Shown: positions 30,660 to 43,300, numbered from the stretch's first letter. The stretch: 64,000 bases of DNA from an uncultured bacterium (GCA_963727525.1 CAVSGO010000003.1:352001-416000); one strand, 5' to 3'. Notes: generated from the sequence alone by a model not told the origin. Numbers and translations: made by a program.

Positions 30660-33322
30660 GTGAGGGGTCCGGCACTTGTCGTAACGATCGGCGCGGTCGC
30701 CTGGCTGATATGCCTGGCGATCGCGCCCCCCATGGCCCTGGCCGGCACCACGGGCACGGTGACCGGACGGGTCGTCGACCAGGACGGCAAGCCCGTGGTG
30801 GCCGCCACGATCCTGATCGTGGGTACGCGTCTGGGCGCCTATTCCGACACCGAGGGCCATTTCACGATCCTCAACGTGGCCCCGGGCACCTACGAGGTGA
30901 AGGCCAGCCGCATCGGCTTCAATGCCGATGACGATCGCGGGCGTGATCGTCTCGGCGGACCACGTCCAGCGCCTGGAATTCAAGATGGGCGACACCAACC
31001 CTGACGCCGAGGAAGTGGTGGTGGTCGCCGAGCGGCCGCCTGTGGACATGAAGCGACCAGCTCGCAGACCAAGCTCACCACCGAGGAGATCGAGGACCTG
31101 CCGGTGCAGTACCTCGATGACGTGGTCAACCTGCAGGCCGGCGTCGTGGACGGCCACTTCCGCGGCGGCCGCGAGGGCGAGGTGCAGTACCAGGTGGACG
31201 GCGTCAGCGTGAACAACGCCTTCGACAACTCGTCCACGCTGACGCTCGACCGCTCGCTGCTCCAGGAGGTGCAGGTGATCAGCGGCACCTTCGACGCCGA
31301 GTACGGCCAGGCCATGAGCGGCGTGGTCAATGCCGTGCTCAAGCAGGGCAGCGAGAACTTCGAGGTCGAGGCCGAGGGCTACGGCGGCGGCTTCTTCTTC
31401 CCGGGCGGGCCGACGCGCGCCGCGTGGACGACACGATCCATCTGCTCGGCACCCAGAGCTTGCAGGCCACGCTCAGCGGCCCGCTGCTGGGCAAGTCGAC
31501 GACCTTCCTGCTCAGCGGCCGCTACCATACGCACGACGATTTCGTCTACGGCCAGCGCCGGTGTTCCGGCCGACGGACCGCGGCCGACTTCGAGAACAAC
31601 GTCTACGAGGGCCACGGGCGATGGCGAGAAGGTGCCGCTGGGCTTCACGGAAGACTGGTCGTGGCGGCGCAGATCACGAACACGTCCCTCGCGAACGACA
31701 AGCTCAGCTACCAGATCATCTACAACAAGACCGCCGGCCGGGACACGAACTGGCTCTGGCGGCTGAATCCGGACGGGCTGTCGCAACACCATTCGATCGG
31801 CGTGGTACACGGCCTCGACTGGACCCACACTTTCAGCGCCACCACCTTCCTCGACGTCAGCCTGCGCCAGAACTACTACAGCTACAAGGACCACCTCTGG
31901 GGCGCCTACGGCCCCGCTACGACGAGGCTGGGCCGCCGGAAGGCAGTCAGAACTTCGAGAACGGCGCCATCGTGCCAGGGCGCGCAGTTCAACCAGTACC
32001 TGCAGCAGACCAACGCATTCGTGATCAAGATCTCGGTGGTCAGCCAGATCGACAACCAGAACCAGGGGAAGGCCGGCTTCGAGTTGAACCTCCCGCGCGT
32101 GCAATTCGGTTCGCCGGTGACGCTCTCGTTCGCCACGGTGAATGGTGTGCAGCAGATCGTGCGGCACGGGGTCGAACCGCCTGACTTTCCGGGCGTGCAG
32201 ACGAACAAGCCGGTGATCGGTGCGGCCTTCCTGCAGGACCAGATGCAGCGCGAGAATCTGGAGATCCGCGTCGGCCTGCGCCTCGACTACTTCGACGCAC
32301 GCGCCACGGTCCCCAGCGACCTCGCCAATCCGGCTAACGCCATCCCGGGAGCGCCGGAATCGCATCCGCAGGCGACCACGGTGAAGGCGGCCATCTCGCC
32401 GCGCCTGGGCGTGGCCTACCCGATCGAAGACAAGGCGGCCATCCACTTCGCGTACGGCCATTTCCGCCAGGTGCCGTCGATCGGCACGATGTTCGAGAAC
32501 TCGAACTACGACATCCTGCGCAACCTGCAGGCGGGCAGCGTGGACTACGGCGTGCTGGGTAATCCCGACGTGAAGCCCGAGACCACGGTGCAGTACGAGA
32601 TCGGCTACAAGCAGATCCTCACCGCCGATCTCGGCTTCGACTTCACGATCTTCTACAAGGACATCCGCGACCTGCTCGGTGTGGAGTTCATCGACACCTA
32701 CACCGGAGCGCAGTACGCCCGGCTGACCAACGTCGACTTCGGCAACGTCTTCGGCATCACGCTGGCGATCGACCATCGTCATCTCGGGCCCCTGGCCATC
32801 TCCATGGACTACACGCTCCTGCAGGCCCTCGGCAACTCCAGCGACCCGCACGAGACCGCCACGCGCGCCGCCGCCGGCGAGGATCCGCGGCCGCGACTGG
32901 TGCCCTTCAACTGGGATCAGCGCCACACCGTGAACCTCACGGCCACACTGGCGAACCCCGACGACTATTCCGTGAGCGCAGTGCTGAAGGTGGGCAGCGG
33001 CCAGCCGTACACGCCGCAGATCGAGTCGGGCTTCGGCTACGGGCTGGAGACGAATTCCGGGCGCAAGCCCACGAGCATCCTGCTCGATCTGCGCGCCGAG
33101 AAGACGCTGAAGTTCGCGTCGCACCCGTCGCTCGACACCAGCGTGTTCCTGCGCGTCTTCAACGCGTTCGACAGCCGCTACTTCAACGGTCCCGTGTTCG
33201 CGAGCACCGGGAGCCCCTACTATTCGCGTTTCCCGGAGACCGACCGTTACTCCCTGTCCGATCCCACGTGGTTCTACCCGCCGCGCCGGGTCGAGCTGGG
33301 CGTGCGCCTGGGCTGGAGGTGA
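30660..33322 (+). pseudogene. TonB-dependent receptor with N-terminal carboxypeptidase-regulatory-like domain; multiple frameshifts
   Basis: GTTGTVTGRVVD, plug motifs FRGGREGEVQYQVDG and SGTFDAEYGQAMSGVVN, ISPRLGVAYPI, GNPDVKPETTVQYEIG; spread over frames at 30660/30922/31104/31424. Confidence 0.88.
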
Positions 33323-33331
33323 GCTGAGAAG

Positions 33332-36300
33332 ATGTCACAGCGAGCGAGCGTTCACCGTCTGGGTTCCGTGGCGATCGTGCTGACGATCACGTCCCTGGCG
33401 GCGTTCGTACTGGCCGGCGTCCCCACGCCGGTGCCGCAGGACCAGCGCGGCAACCACCTGTACGAGCGCGCCGGGCAGCACGATGCCAACAACATGCGCA
33501 CGATCTTCTGGAACTACGGCATGGTGGGCGATTACCCGGCCGATCCCATCAACGTGGACCTCAGCGTGTTCCATTCCGTCGAGGTGCCCAAGGGCAGCGG
33601 CATGAATTACAGCGACGGCATCACGCCGTTCGTACTCGCCAAGATCCAGCAGGCCAGCGGCGACTCGTCGTTCATCATGGAGACGGGCTTCCGTGAGCGG
33701 CAGGGCACATCGCCTTTCCGCAATCGCGATATGCGCTTCGAACCGCGGCCGGGGTACTTCCAGGAGCAGGAGGCGCTGAATCCTGGCCGTTCGCCGGCCA
33801 TCAGCAACGATCCCCGCACGTGGCCCGACTTCTGGCCCGACCGTCTCGACGATGTCGACGACCCGGGCTGGAGCGAGTCGTGGAACGGCTACTTCGGCAA
33901 GCAGATCGTCGCCGACCAGGAAAGCTACACGGTCATGGACGACGACTACTACGACGCCTGGAACTTCTATCCCGACAGCCGTGATTCCACCCGGCACGGC
34001 CTCGGTCTGCGCGTCGAGGTGCGCGGCTTCCAGTGGGCCAACCCGCAGGCGCGCAACGTGATCTTCTGGCACTACGACATCACGAACGAGGGCACCACCG
34101 ACTACGACGACAATATCGTCTTCGGTCTTTACATGGATTCGGGCGTGGGCGGCTCCGCCATCTCCTGCGACGACATCGCCGAGAGCGACGACGACAACGC
34201 GTTCTACCAGGATGAGTTCAACGGCCAGCGTATCAACCTGGTCTACACCTGGGATCGCTACGGCCACGGCCGCGATCTCACCAGCTCCTGCGCGCGCACC
34301 GGCTACCTCGGCTACGCCTACATGGAGACGCCGGGCAACTCCACCGACGGCATCGACAACGACGAGGACGGCATCACCGACGAACGGCGCGACAACGGAC
34401 CCGGCACGCGGATCGACGGCGCCGACAACATCCTCGCCTACGCCGCGGCGCACTACGACACGGCGGCCTTCACCTCCCACTTCGGGGAGATCACACTGGC
34501 GCCGGCCGTGCGAGCGGGCGTGTGGTTCACGGGCGACGAGAACATGGACTGGGTGGCCGAGAACCACGACGTGGGCGCCGACGGCGTCGCGGACACTGGC
34601 GACACGGGCGAGGGCGATGGCATCCCCACCGAGGGCGAGCCCAACTTCGACCGCACCGACCTCAAGGAGTCTGACCAGATCGGCCTGACCGGCTTCAAGC
34701 TCAACCGCATCAAGCCGGGCCACGACAATCCCAATCAGGAGACGGACAACGTCCTCTTCTTCACCAATGCGCAGGAGTGGCCGCGCCGGCTGTACGATCA
34801 GTTCACGGCGCCGAACCCGGCCGACCGCTTCGATCCGCCGCTGGCCTCGAACTACAACATCGGCTTCCTCTTCGCGTCGGGTCCGTTCCGCCTGGCGGCC
34901 GGGCAGACCGAGCGGTTCAGCCTCGCCCTGGCCTACGGCGCCGACCTGCAGGAACTGGCCACCAACGTCCAGACGGTGCAGCAGATCTACAACGCCAACT
35001 ACCGCTTCGCCGTGCCCCCCAAGGCGCCGGTGGTGACGGCGGAGTCGGGCGACGGCTTCGTGCGTCTGTCGTGGAACGACCTCTCCGAGCGCGGCAGCGA
35101 CCCCGTGACGGGCGAGGAGGACTTCGAGGGGTATCGCATCTACCGGTCCACCGATCCGGAATTTCGCGACCCCAAGATCATCTCCAACGCCACCGGCACC
35201 GGCCCTCTCGGCAACGGTCAGCCGATCGCGCAGTTCGACCTGATCGACAACGTGAGCGGCTTCTCGGACCAGACGGTGGAGGGCGTCGCCTACTATCTCG
35301 GCGCGGAGTCGGGCATCACCCATACCTGGACCGATCATAGCGTCACCAACGGCCAGCAGTACTACTATGCGGTGACGGCCTACGACAAGGGATCGGAGAG
35401 CTATCGGCTTCTATCCGTCCGAGAACGCCATCGCGCCGTCGCGCACCCCGCGCGGGGGGCTGGTGCTTCCGCCCAACGTGGTGGCGGAGCGCCCGAATCC
35501 GCGCGCGCTCGGCTTCGTACCGGCCACGACCGACGCGATCGACCAGGTCAGCGGCGAGGGCGTGGGCGACGTACAGGTGGAGGTCGTGAACTCGGGCATC
35601 GTGCCGGCCGATCACGTATTCTCGCTCACCTTCACCACACCGCATCCTGATTCGCTGCGGGCAACGGCCTACACGCTCACCGACACCACGACCAGCGAGG
35701 TGCTCTTCGAAACGGGCATGGACCTCGCCGGCGACGGGATCGGTCCCGGTGGGCGCCGGCCTGTTGCCCATCGTCGATACACCGGCCCACGTGGTCATCG
35801 ATTCCACGTACTGGGAGCCGGGCAGCACCACGAATGCCCGGATCGACGTGCACTACCTCTACTCGCTGTCGCCGAATAGTCTGCGTCCGGGCTATCCCGA
35901 CGACATCTCGCTGGTGTTTCACGACGACGTGGTGGACACGTCCGTGGCGCTGGCCTTCATCCCCGCGCGACCGGCGAAGTTCGAATTGATCGACCATGCG
36001 CCCGACGGCGATCGGCGGCTCGACTTCGTCTTCGTCGATGCCGACGGTGACCATACGCTGAATCTGGCGAATGAGCGCATCGACGTGGTGACCTACGTCG
36101 ACAGCGATCCGGGTGTGGTCAAGACCACCTGGCGCTTCCAGCTGGCGACCGACGCACTGCCGACCGAGCCGCTGGGCACGGGCGACGCCTACGCGCTCGC
36201 GGTGAGCCGCCCCTTCGGTGCGCAGGACGTGCTCGTCTTCGCCACGCACGCCGAGTACGTCGATCCGAACGCGCCCGGCGCGCACCTGGATCCGTACGTG

Positions 36301-36594
36301 GTGCCGAACCCGTACGTGGCGTCGGCGAGTTTCGAGCCCGAGCGTTTCGCCGTGTCGGGCCGCGGCGAGCGCCGGATCGAGTTCCGGGGCCTGCCCGGTT
36401 CGTGCACGATCCGCATCTACAACATCCGGGGCGAGCTGGTGCAGACCCTGAAGCACGAGGGCTCGAGCGAGGGCTACGAACCCTGGGATCTGCGCACCAA
36501 GGACAGTCTGGACGTGGCGCCGGGCCTGTACATTTTCCACGTCGACGGCGGACCGCTGGGCAAGAGCATCGGCAAGTTCGCGATCATCAAGTAG
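33332..36594 (+). pseudogene. Large secreted protein (~1085 aa when repaired) with Ca-binding Asp repeats, Fn3-like domain and CTD-like tail; 2 frameshifts
   Basis: Frames join near 35405 and 35748; DGIDNDEDGITDE, FEGYRIYRS, YYYAVTAYD, tail YVVPNPY...IRIYNIRGELV...WDLRT...APGLYIFHV. Confidence 0.75.
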
Positions 36595-36619
36595 GGGCGT
36601 CAGGAACGTGAGGCGCGAC

Positions 36620-37630
36620 ATGAGAGAGAGATTGCTGAGCGCCATGTTGATCTCACTGCTGGTGGTGGGCACGGCCCACGCCCAGAGCAAGGTGGGGTCG
36701 ACTGTCGGTGCCTTCCTGCGCATCGAGCCCAGCGCACGCGCGGCGGCGCTCGGCAATGCCGGCGTGGCCTTGCCTGGCGGCATCGACGCCGTGTATTACA
36801 ACACGGGCGCCATAGGCAGGCTCGACCGTGCCACCGTGACCTACTCGCACAGCTTCTGGTTCGCCGACATCAGCTACGACTACGCGGCGTTCGCGTTGCC
36901 CATCAGCGGCACCAGCAGCATGTTCGCCAGCGTCACGGCGCTCAACTCCGGCGAGATCGACGTGCGCACGGTTGATCAGCCGCTCGGGACGGGTGAACGG
37001 TACACGGTGGGCAACGTGGCCCTGGCGCTCGGCTACGGTCGGCGCATCACCAGCCGCTTCGCCGTCGGGGTGCAGGCCAACGTACGCCACGGAGCGGATC
37101 TGGCACACGTCAAACCACATGGTGGCGTTCAATCTGGGCACCATCTACCAGCTCAACGACGGCGGAGCCATCCTGGGCTTCTGCCTCGCGAACATCGGCG
37201 CGCGCGCGCGGTACGCGGGCGGCGATCTGGCGATCCAGTACGATCCCGAACCCGACATCTACGGCAACAACGGCGCCTTGCCGGCCGAACAGTATACCGA
37301 CCAGTTCCCGTTGCCGGGCGTGTTCCGCCTGGGCCTGAGCGTGCCTTATGAGGTCTCGCCGGAGAGTCGGTTCCTGTTCCTGGCCGAGGCCCTGCATCCG
37401 AACGACAACACCGAGTCGGCGAACGTGGGCGCCGAGTGGCGTGGAATCGCGCGTTCGCGCTGCGACTCGGGTACCAGACCCTGTTCCAGACCGATCGCGA
37501 GCTCGGCCTGACGGCCGGTTTCGGCGTGAACACGAAGATCGGCAACAACGAGTACAAGCTCGCCTACGCGTGGGCGAATCACGCGTACCTGCAGGGCACG
37601 CACCGGTTCACGGTCGTGCTCGTGTTCTGA
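36620..37630 (+). pseudogene. PorV/PorQ-family outer membrane barrel; 2 frameshifts
   Basis: FLRIEPSARAAALGNA...AVYYN, LALGYGRRITSRFAVG, NVGAEW, ALRLGY; shifts near 37082 and 37438. Confidence 0.8.
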
Positions 37631-37658
37631 GGTGCGATCAGCGACGAAGGACGACCTC

Positions 37659-39286
37659 ATGCGCAAGACAGCCGACGATCGCGACGCCCATCCTCCTGCT
37701 CCTGGCCACGACGGTCTGGTTGAGTGGCGGTCCGGGCGCGTCCCGCACCGCGACGGCGGCGAACGCGCGGAGTCTCACCACGGAGGCGCTGCTCGACTCG
37801 CTGCAGCGCACCGCGTTCCTGTACTTCTGGGAGCAGGCGAATCCGGCCAACGGCCTGATCCGCGACCGCAGCCAGACCGGATCGCCCTGCAGCATCGCGG
37901 CGCAGGGCTTCGGCATCAGCGCCATCTGCATCGGCATCGATCACGGCTGGGTCTCGCGCAGCGAGGGGCGCGACCGCATCATGCTCGGCATGCAGACGCT
38001 CTGGGACGGTCCGCAGGGCGACGGCTCGTGCGAGCATCAACGGCTACAAGGGCCTGTTCTACCATTTCCTGGACATCAACACCGGATTCCGCACCTGGGA
38101 TTGCGAGCTGTCGACCATCGACACGGCCCTGCTCATGGCCGGCGTACTCGACGCCCGCGAGTATTTCGCCTCCGACGACCCGGGCGACGTGGCGTTGCGG
38201 GCACTGGCCGACTCGCTCTACCTGCGAGTCGACTGGGACTTCATGCGCAGCGGCGGCGCTGCCATTCGCATGGGCTGGAAGCCGGACACCGGCTTCAGCA
38301 GCTTCGGCTACTGGATCGGCTACAACGAGGCGATGGTCCTCTACGTGCTCGCGCTCGGCTCGCCCACACATCCGGTGCCGGAGACCACCTGGGGCTGGTG
38401 GGTCAGCGGCTATAGCTGGCAGACGCAGTACGGCTACAGCTACGTGATCTTCCCGCCGCTCTTCGGCCACCAGTACTCCCACTGCTGGATCGACTATCGC
38501 ACGATCTGGGATGACTACATGCAGTCGCGCGGGATCACGTACTTCGAGAACTCGCGACGGGCCACCCTCGCCCAGCGCGCCTACTGCATGGTCAATCCGC
38601 ACGGCTGGGCCGACTACGACTCGGTCACCTGGGGTCTCACCGCCTCGGACGATCCGGACGGGTACCTGGCCCACGGCGCGCCGCCTTCCCAGAACGATAA
38701 CGGCACCATCACGCCCACGGCGCCGGCCAGCGCGATCGCCTTCGCGCCGGAGGTCGTGATCCCGACGCTGCACAACCTCTACGACGCGTACGGCCTGGCG
38801 GTGTGGGGGCGTTACGGCTTCAAGGACGCGTTCAACATCCAGCGCTTCTGGTGGGACAACGATTACCTCGGCATCGACGAGGGACCGATCATCATCATGA
38901 TCGAGAACTACCTGAACGGGTCGGTGTGGGCGCGGGATCGCGAGAATTCCTATCTCACCGCGGGGCTGCAGCGCGCGGGCTTCGTCACGGCGACGCCGGT
39001 GCCCGACGGGACACGGCCCGAGAGCGCCCTCGTCGTGTCCCAGAATGCGCCCAATCCGTTTCAGGGCACGACGATTGTCGGTTTCCGGTTGGCCCAGTCG
39101 GGGCCCGTGACGTTGCATCTCTACGACCTGCGCGGTCACCGGGTGCGCACCGTAAGCCGGGAGTTCGCGAACAAGGGGCCGGGGCAGTTCGAGCTGGACG
39201 CGCGCGGCCTGGCCAGCGGCGTCTATTTCTACAGCGTCGAGTCGCACGGCCGCAAGGCCTGGAAACGCTGCACTGTGATACAATAG
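37659..39286 (+). pseudogene. GH144 / glucoamylase-family (endo-beta-1,2-glucanase-like) enzyme with T9SS/FlgD-like CTD; frameshifts near 37668 and 38030
   Basis: LDSLQRTAFLYFWE, ELSTIDTALL, GYNEAM, PLFGHQYSHCW, WGLTAS, YGFKDAFN, YLGIDEGP; tail QNAPNPF...LASGVYFY. Confidence 0.85.
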
Positions 39287-39389
39287 AGGCAGGCCGCAAG
39301 GAGCGGCCCATGTGGGAGGTGATCAAGCGCTCAAGGACGATGAGATTTCGGTACAATCACTTGTTATCACTTCAACAGGAGGCTCATCC

Positions 39390-40187
39390 ATGAGCAAGCT
39401 ACAGTTCATGCTCGTCACCGCGTTCGCGGTGGTTCTCGTCGCTGGCGCGGCCCAGGCGACGACCGTTCCGACCAGCGCAGCCGTGTTCCTGCGCGTGTTC
39501 AACGACTGCCCGTTCTCGACCCTGGTCGACGACAATAGCTATCCGACGTCGATCATGATCAGCGACACCAAGGCCAGCTGCGGCGCCGGTTTCGCCAATC
39601 GCCATTGCTGGCGCTTCTCTCAGGACGGCACGACTGCCCAGGAATTCAACAACTACAACGGTTTCGCCTTCGAGTGCGACATCACCGCCACCGGTACCGG
39701 TGAGGGCGAATGCGGCATTGGCATCTCCCCGTGGTGGTCGCAGCTGGTGGACGGAACGTTCAACCTGCGCACGACCGACGGTGAGGTGGCCTGCTTCGGC
39801 GGCCGTCTGCCCTTCTACTCGTTCACCGGCAGCGACGGTGTGACCTACACCAAGGGCACCACCGTGCACGTGAAGATCGAGTACATGCCCAACGGCCTGA
39901 GCGAGGCCGATCCGGCCACCATCGTCTACACCTACGACGACGGCACGATGTACACGAGCGGCCCGCTGGCCTTCGACATGGGCAACGAGTCCGAGGGCGA
40001 CGTGCACGGGCTGTGGGGCATCCTGTCCCCGGCCACCGCCGGCGGCAACTTCCAGTTCTTGCTCGGCGAGGGCGCGGACGACGCTAACCTGGATGTCATG
40101 TGGGAGAACATGCAGTTCACCGATCTCGGCGACGCCGTGGCCGCGGAAGCCACGACCTGGGGCAGCGTGAAGTCCCTGTTCCAGTAG
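39390..40187 (+). CDS. Secreted protein with C-terminal ATTWGSVKSLFQ motif
   Basis: AGGAGG RBS, signal peptide, beta-rich core, terminal TWGxVKxLF motif. Confidence 0.75.
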   Translation: MSKLQFMLVTAFAVVLVAGAAQATTVPTSAAVFLRVFNDCPFSTLVDDNSYPTSIMISDTKASCGAGFANRHCWRFSQDGTTAQEFNNYNGFAFECDITATGTGEGECGIGISPWWSQLVDGTFNLRTTDGEVACFGGRLPFYSFTGSDGVTYTKGTTVHVKIEYMPNGLSEADPATIVYTYDDGTMYTSGPLAFDMGNESEGDVHGLWGILSPATAGGNFQFLLGEGADDANLDVMWENMQFTDLGDAVAAEATTWGSVKSLFQ

Positions 40188-40209
40188 GCAGCACTCGCGA
40201 CACGTGAAA

Positions 40210-40238
40210 CAGGGGACCCGGGCGGCCCGGGTCCCCTG
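40210..40238 (+). terminator. Stem-loop after the TWG-motif gene
   Basis: CAGGGGACCCGGG-CGG-CCCGGGTCCCCTG, 13-bp stem. Confidence 0.7.
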
Positions 40239-40256
40239 GTCCTACCCGGAGCGCCT

Positions 40257-40285
40257 TTGACAAACACGGCAGTGTGTTCTAGACC
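40257..40285 (+). promoter_or_regulatory. Probable sigma70 promoter for GH94-GH1
   Basis: TTGACA, 17-nt spacer, TAGACC; AACAC/GTGTT inverted repeat in the spacer. Confidence 0.45.
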
Positions 40286-40333
40286 TTGTCACCGTCTCGC
40301 CCGACAGTTCGCAACTCGCCCAGGAGCACCGTG

Positions 40334-43300
40334 ATGCCCCCGTCCCGTCCCGTCGCCGGTTTCGAGGCCTCGGTCGGTGTGCTTGCCAACCGCGCCGGAA
40401 CATACACGGCGCTGGTGACCGCCGGGGGCACCGGATTCAGCACTTGCCGCGGCACGCTCCTGACCAGCGCCTCCCCCGCCGGCGCTGGCCTGGCTCTCTG
40501 GGTGCGCGATCGCGACGACGGCGGATTCTGGCGCGTGGGGGCCGACGCGACCTGCCTTCACTGGGAGCCCGGCGTCGCCACGCTGACTTTCGCGGTGGCG
40601 GGTTTCGAGGCGACCATGGCCGTGGCCGTGGATCCTGACGCCACGCGCGAGTGCCGGCGGCTGACGCTCACCAATCGCAGCGATCGGCCGCGCCGGATCG
40701 ATGTGACGTCCTGCGCCGAGGTCGTTCTGCACGCACCCGCCGCGCATGCCGCGCATCCGGTCTTCTCGAAACTCTTCCTGCAGACGGCATTCGCGGACGA
40801 TGTTCTCGTCGTACGCCGGCGCGCGCGCGATCCCCACGAATCGACACCCTGGTTGGCACACGCGTGCCACGGCCCCGGCGCCCTGTCCATCGAGACCGAT
40901 CGGACCCGCTTCATCGGGCGCGGTTTCACCCGCGAAGCCCCGCGCGCGCTCGTCGAATCGACGCCTCTCTCGGGTACAGTCGGCAACGTGCTCGACCCGG
41001 TCGTGAGCCTGCGCCGCATCCTGACGCTGGCGCCGAGCGAGGCGGCCACGTTCGACTTCGTGCTGAGCTGCGGGACCACGCGGGCGGAGGCGCTGCGCCT
41101 CGCCGGCACCGACCATACCGTCAACATGCTGGCCCGGGCGCGCGATGCCGCCGTAGCGGCCGTTTCGCGGCGCGGCGCGTCCGTCGCCGATGTGGCCACC
41201 GATCAAGCCCTGGCGGCTGCCATGCTGATGGGGCGCCGCGAGCTTCTCGCCGACGCCGACGTGCGGGCGCGAGTCACCGGCGAGCGCGGCGACCTGGCGT
41301 GCCTGGGCCTGGACCCCGCCCGGCCACACGCCGTCCTGCATGCCGACACGCCCCGGGGAGCGGCGCTCGTACCACGGCTGCTCGGCGCCCTCGCCACGTG
41401 GCGCGACCTCGGCCTGCCGATCCAGCTCGCGATCGTGGGCGAAGCCGACGTGGCGACGCCGGGAGTCGTCGTGCTCGCCCCGTCTTCGCTCGGGTCCGGC
41501 GACCGCGATCGACTCGAAGCCTTCGCCGATCTCATCGTGTGCGACGCCCTGCCCGCGGTGTCCCACGCGTCCGAGGCGCCGGTCGCCCGGTCCAGATGTT
41601 CGGAGGGTGTCCGGCCCGCCGGCCCGCGCCTGTTCGACAACGGTTTCGGCGGCTTCAGTTCCGACGGTCGCGAGTACGTCATCACCGTGGCCGCGGGCGA
41701 GGACGGGCGCCTGCGCCTGCCGCCGCAGCCCTGGGTGAACGTCATCGCCAACGACGGTTTCGGCTGCCTCGTGAGCGAGACCGGCGCCGGCACCACCTGG
41801 TGCGGTAACAGCCGGGAGAACCGGTTGACACCGTGGTCCAACGACCCGCTGCTGGATCCGCCCTCGGAGATCTTCATTCTCCACGATCCGCAGACCGATA
41901 CGGCCTTCTCGTGTTTCCCTGCTCCGCGGCCCGGCCCCGGCTCCTACGAGGTGCGCCATGGCTTCGGGTACACGCGCTGCGGCTTCGCAGGCGACGGTCT
42001 ACGCACGACCACGCTCGTCTTCATCCATCGCGAGCATCCGGTGCGCATCACGCGCGTGCGCGTGACCAACGACGGGCCCGAGCCGCGCCGGCTCACGCTG
42101 CGCGCCGCCTACCATCTCGACATGGGGGACGCCCGTTTCATCGTGACCGACACCGATGGCGTCTCCGGCGCGGCAGTCGCGCGCAATCCCCTGGCGGGCG
42201 ATTTCTCCGGCCAGGTCGCATTCGCCGCCGTGGTGGGCGACGAGCACGCGATCGCGATCCGCGAGGACATCCCGGCCGGGGCCGCACGGCTCGCTCATGC
42301 CGTCGACCTCGCCGTGCCACCGGGCGCCACCGCCGACGTCGCCTGCCTCTTCGGACAGGCCGCCGATGTCGCCGCGGTGCGCCGGCTCCTCGAAGATCTC
42401 GACAGTCTCGACGCATGCGACGTGGCGTGGCAGTGCGCGCGCGACTTCTGGCGCGACGGCCTCGGGGGCCTGCGTGTGGCCACACCGTCGCCCGCGCTCG
42501 ACATCATGGTGAACGGCTGGCTTGGCTATCAGACGCTGAGTTGCCGCATCCGCGGGCGCACCGCATTTTACCAGTCGGGCGGCGCCTTCGGCTTCCGCGA
42601 TCAGCTCCAGGATGCCGTGGCGCTGACGGCGCTATGGCCGGAGGTGGCGCGCGCGCAGATCCTGCGCAACGCGGCTCACCAGTTCGTGGAGGGCGACGTG
42701 ATGCACTGGTGGCATCCGCCGCGAAGCCGCGGCATCCGCACGCGTTTCGCCGACGATCTCGTGTGGCTACCCTTCCTGACGATGCAATACGTGCAGGCCA
42801 CCGGTGATGCGGCCTTGTTCGACGAGACCGCGCCGTATCTCACGGCGCGCGCCCTCGAGACGGGGGAGGACGAGGCCTTTCTCACACCCAGCGTGGCCGC
42901 AGAATCCGGCACCGTGTACGATCACTGCTGCCGCGCTCTCGACCGTGCGCTCACGCGCGGAGCCCACGGTCTGCCGCTCTTCGGCTCGGGCGACTGGAAC
43001 GACGGCATGAATCGCGTCGGACGCGAGGGCCGTGGCGAGAGCGTCTGGATGGGATTCTTCCTCGCCGCTGCGATCGACGGCTTCGTTTCCGAGTGCGAGC
43101 GTCGTGGCGACCGCGCGCGGGCGCAACACTACCATGCCTATCGCGAAGACGTGGCGCGCGCACTCGACACGAGCGGCTGGGATGGCGGCTGGTACCTGCG
43201 CGGCTATTACGACGACGGCTCGCCGCTGGGCACCCATCGCGACACGGAGTGCCGTATCGATGCGCTGGTGCAGGCATGGTCGGTACTCTCGGGCGTGGCC

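Noticed and set aside
30920-38035. Programmed frameshifting or phase variation
   Set aside because: Too many shifts, in both directions, and not at slippery heptamers or long homopolymers
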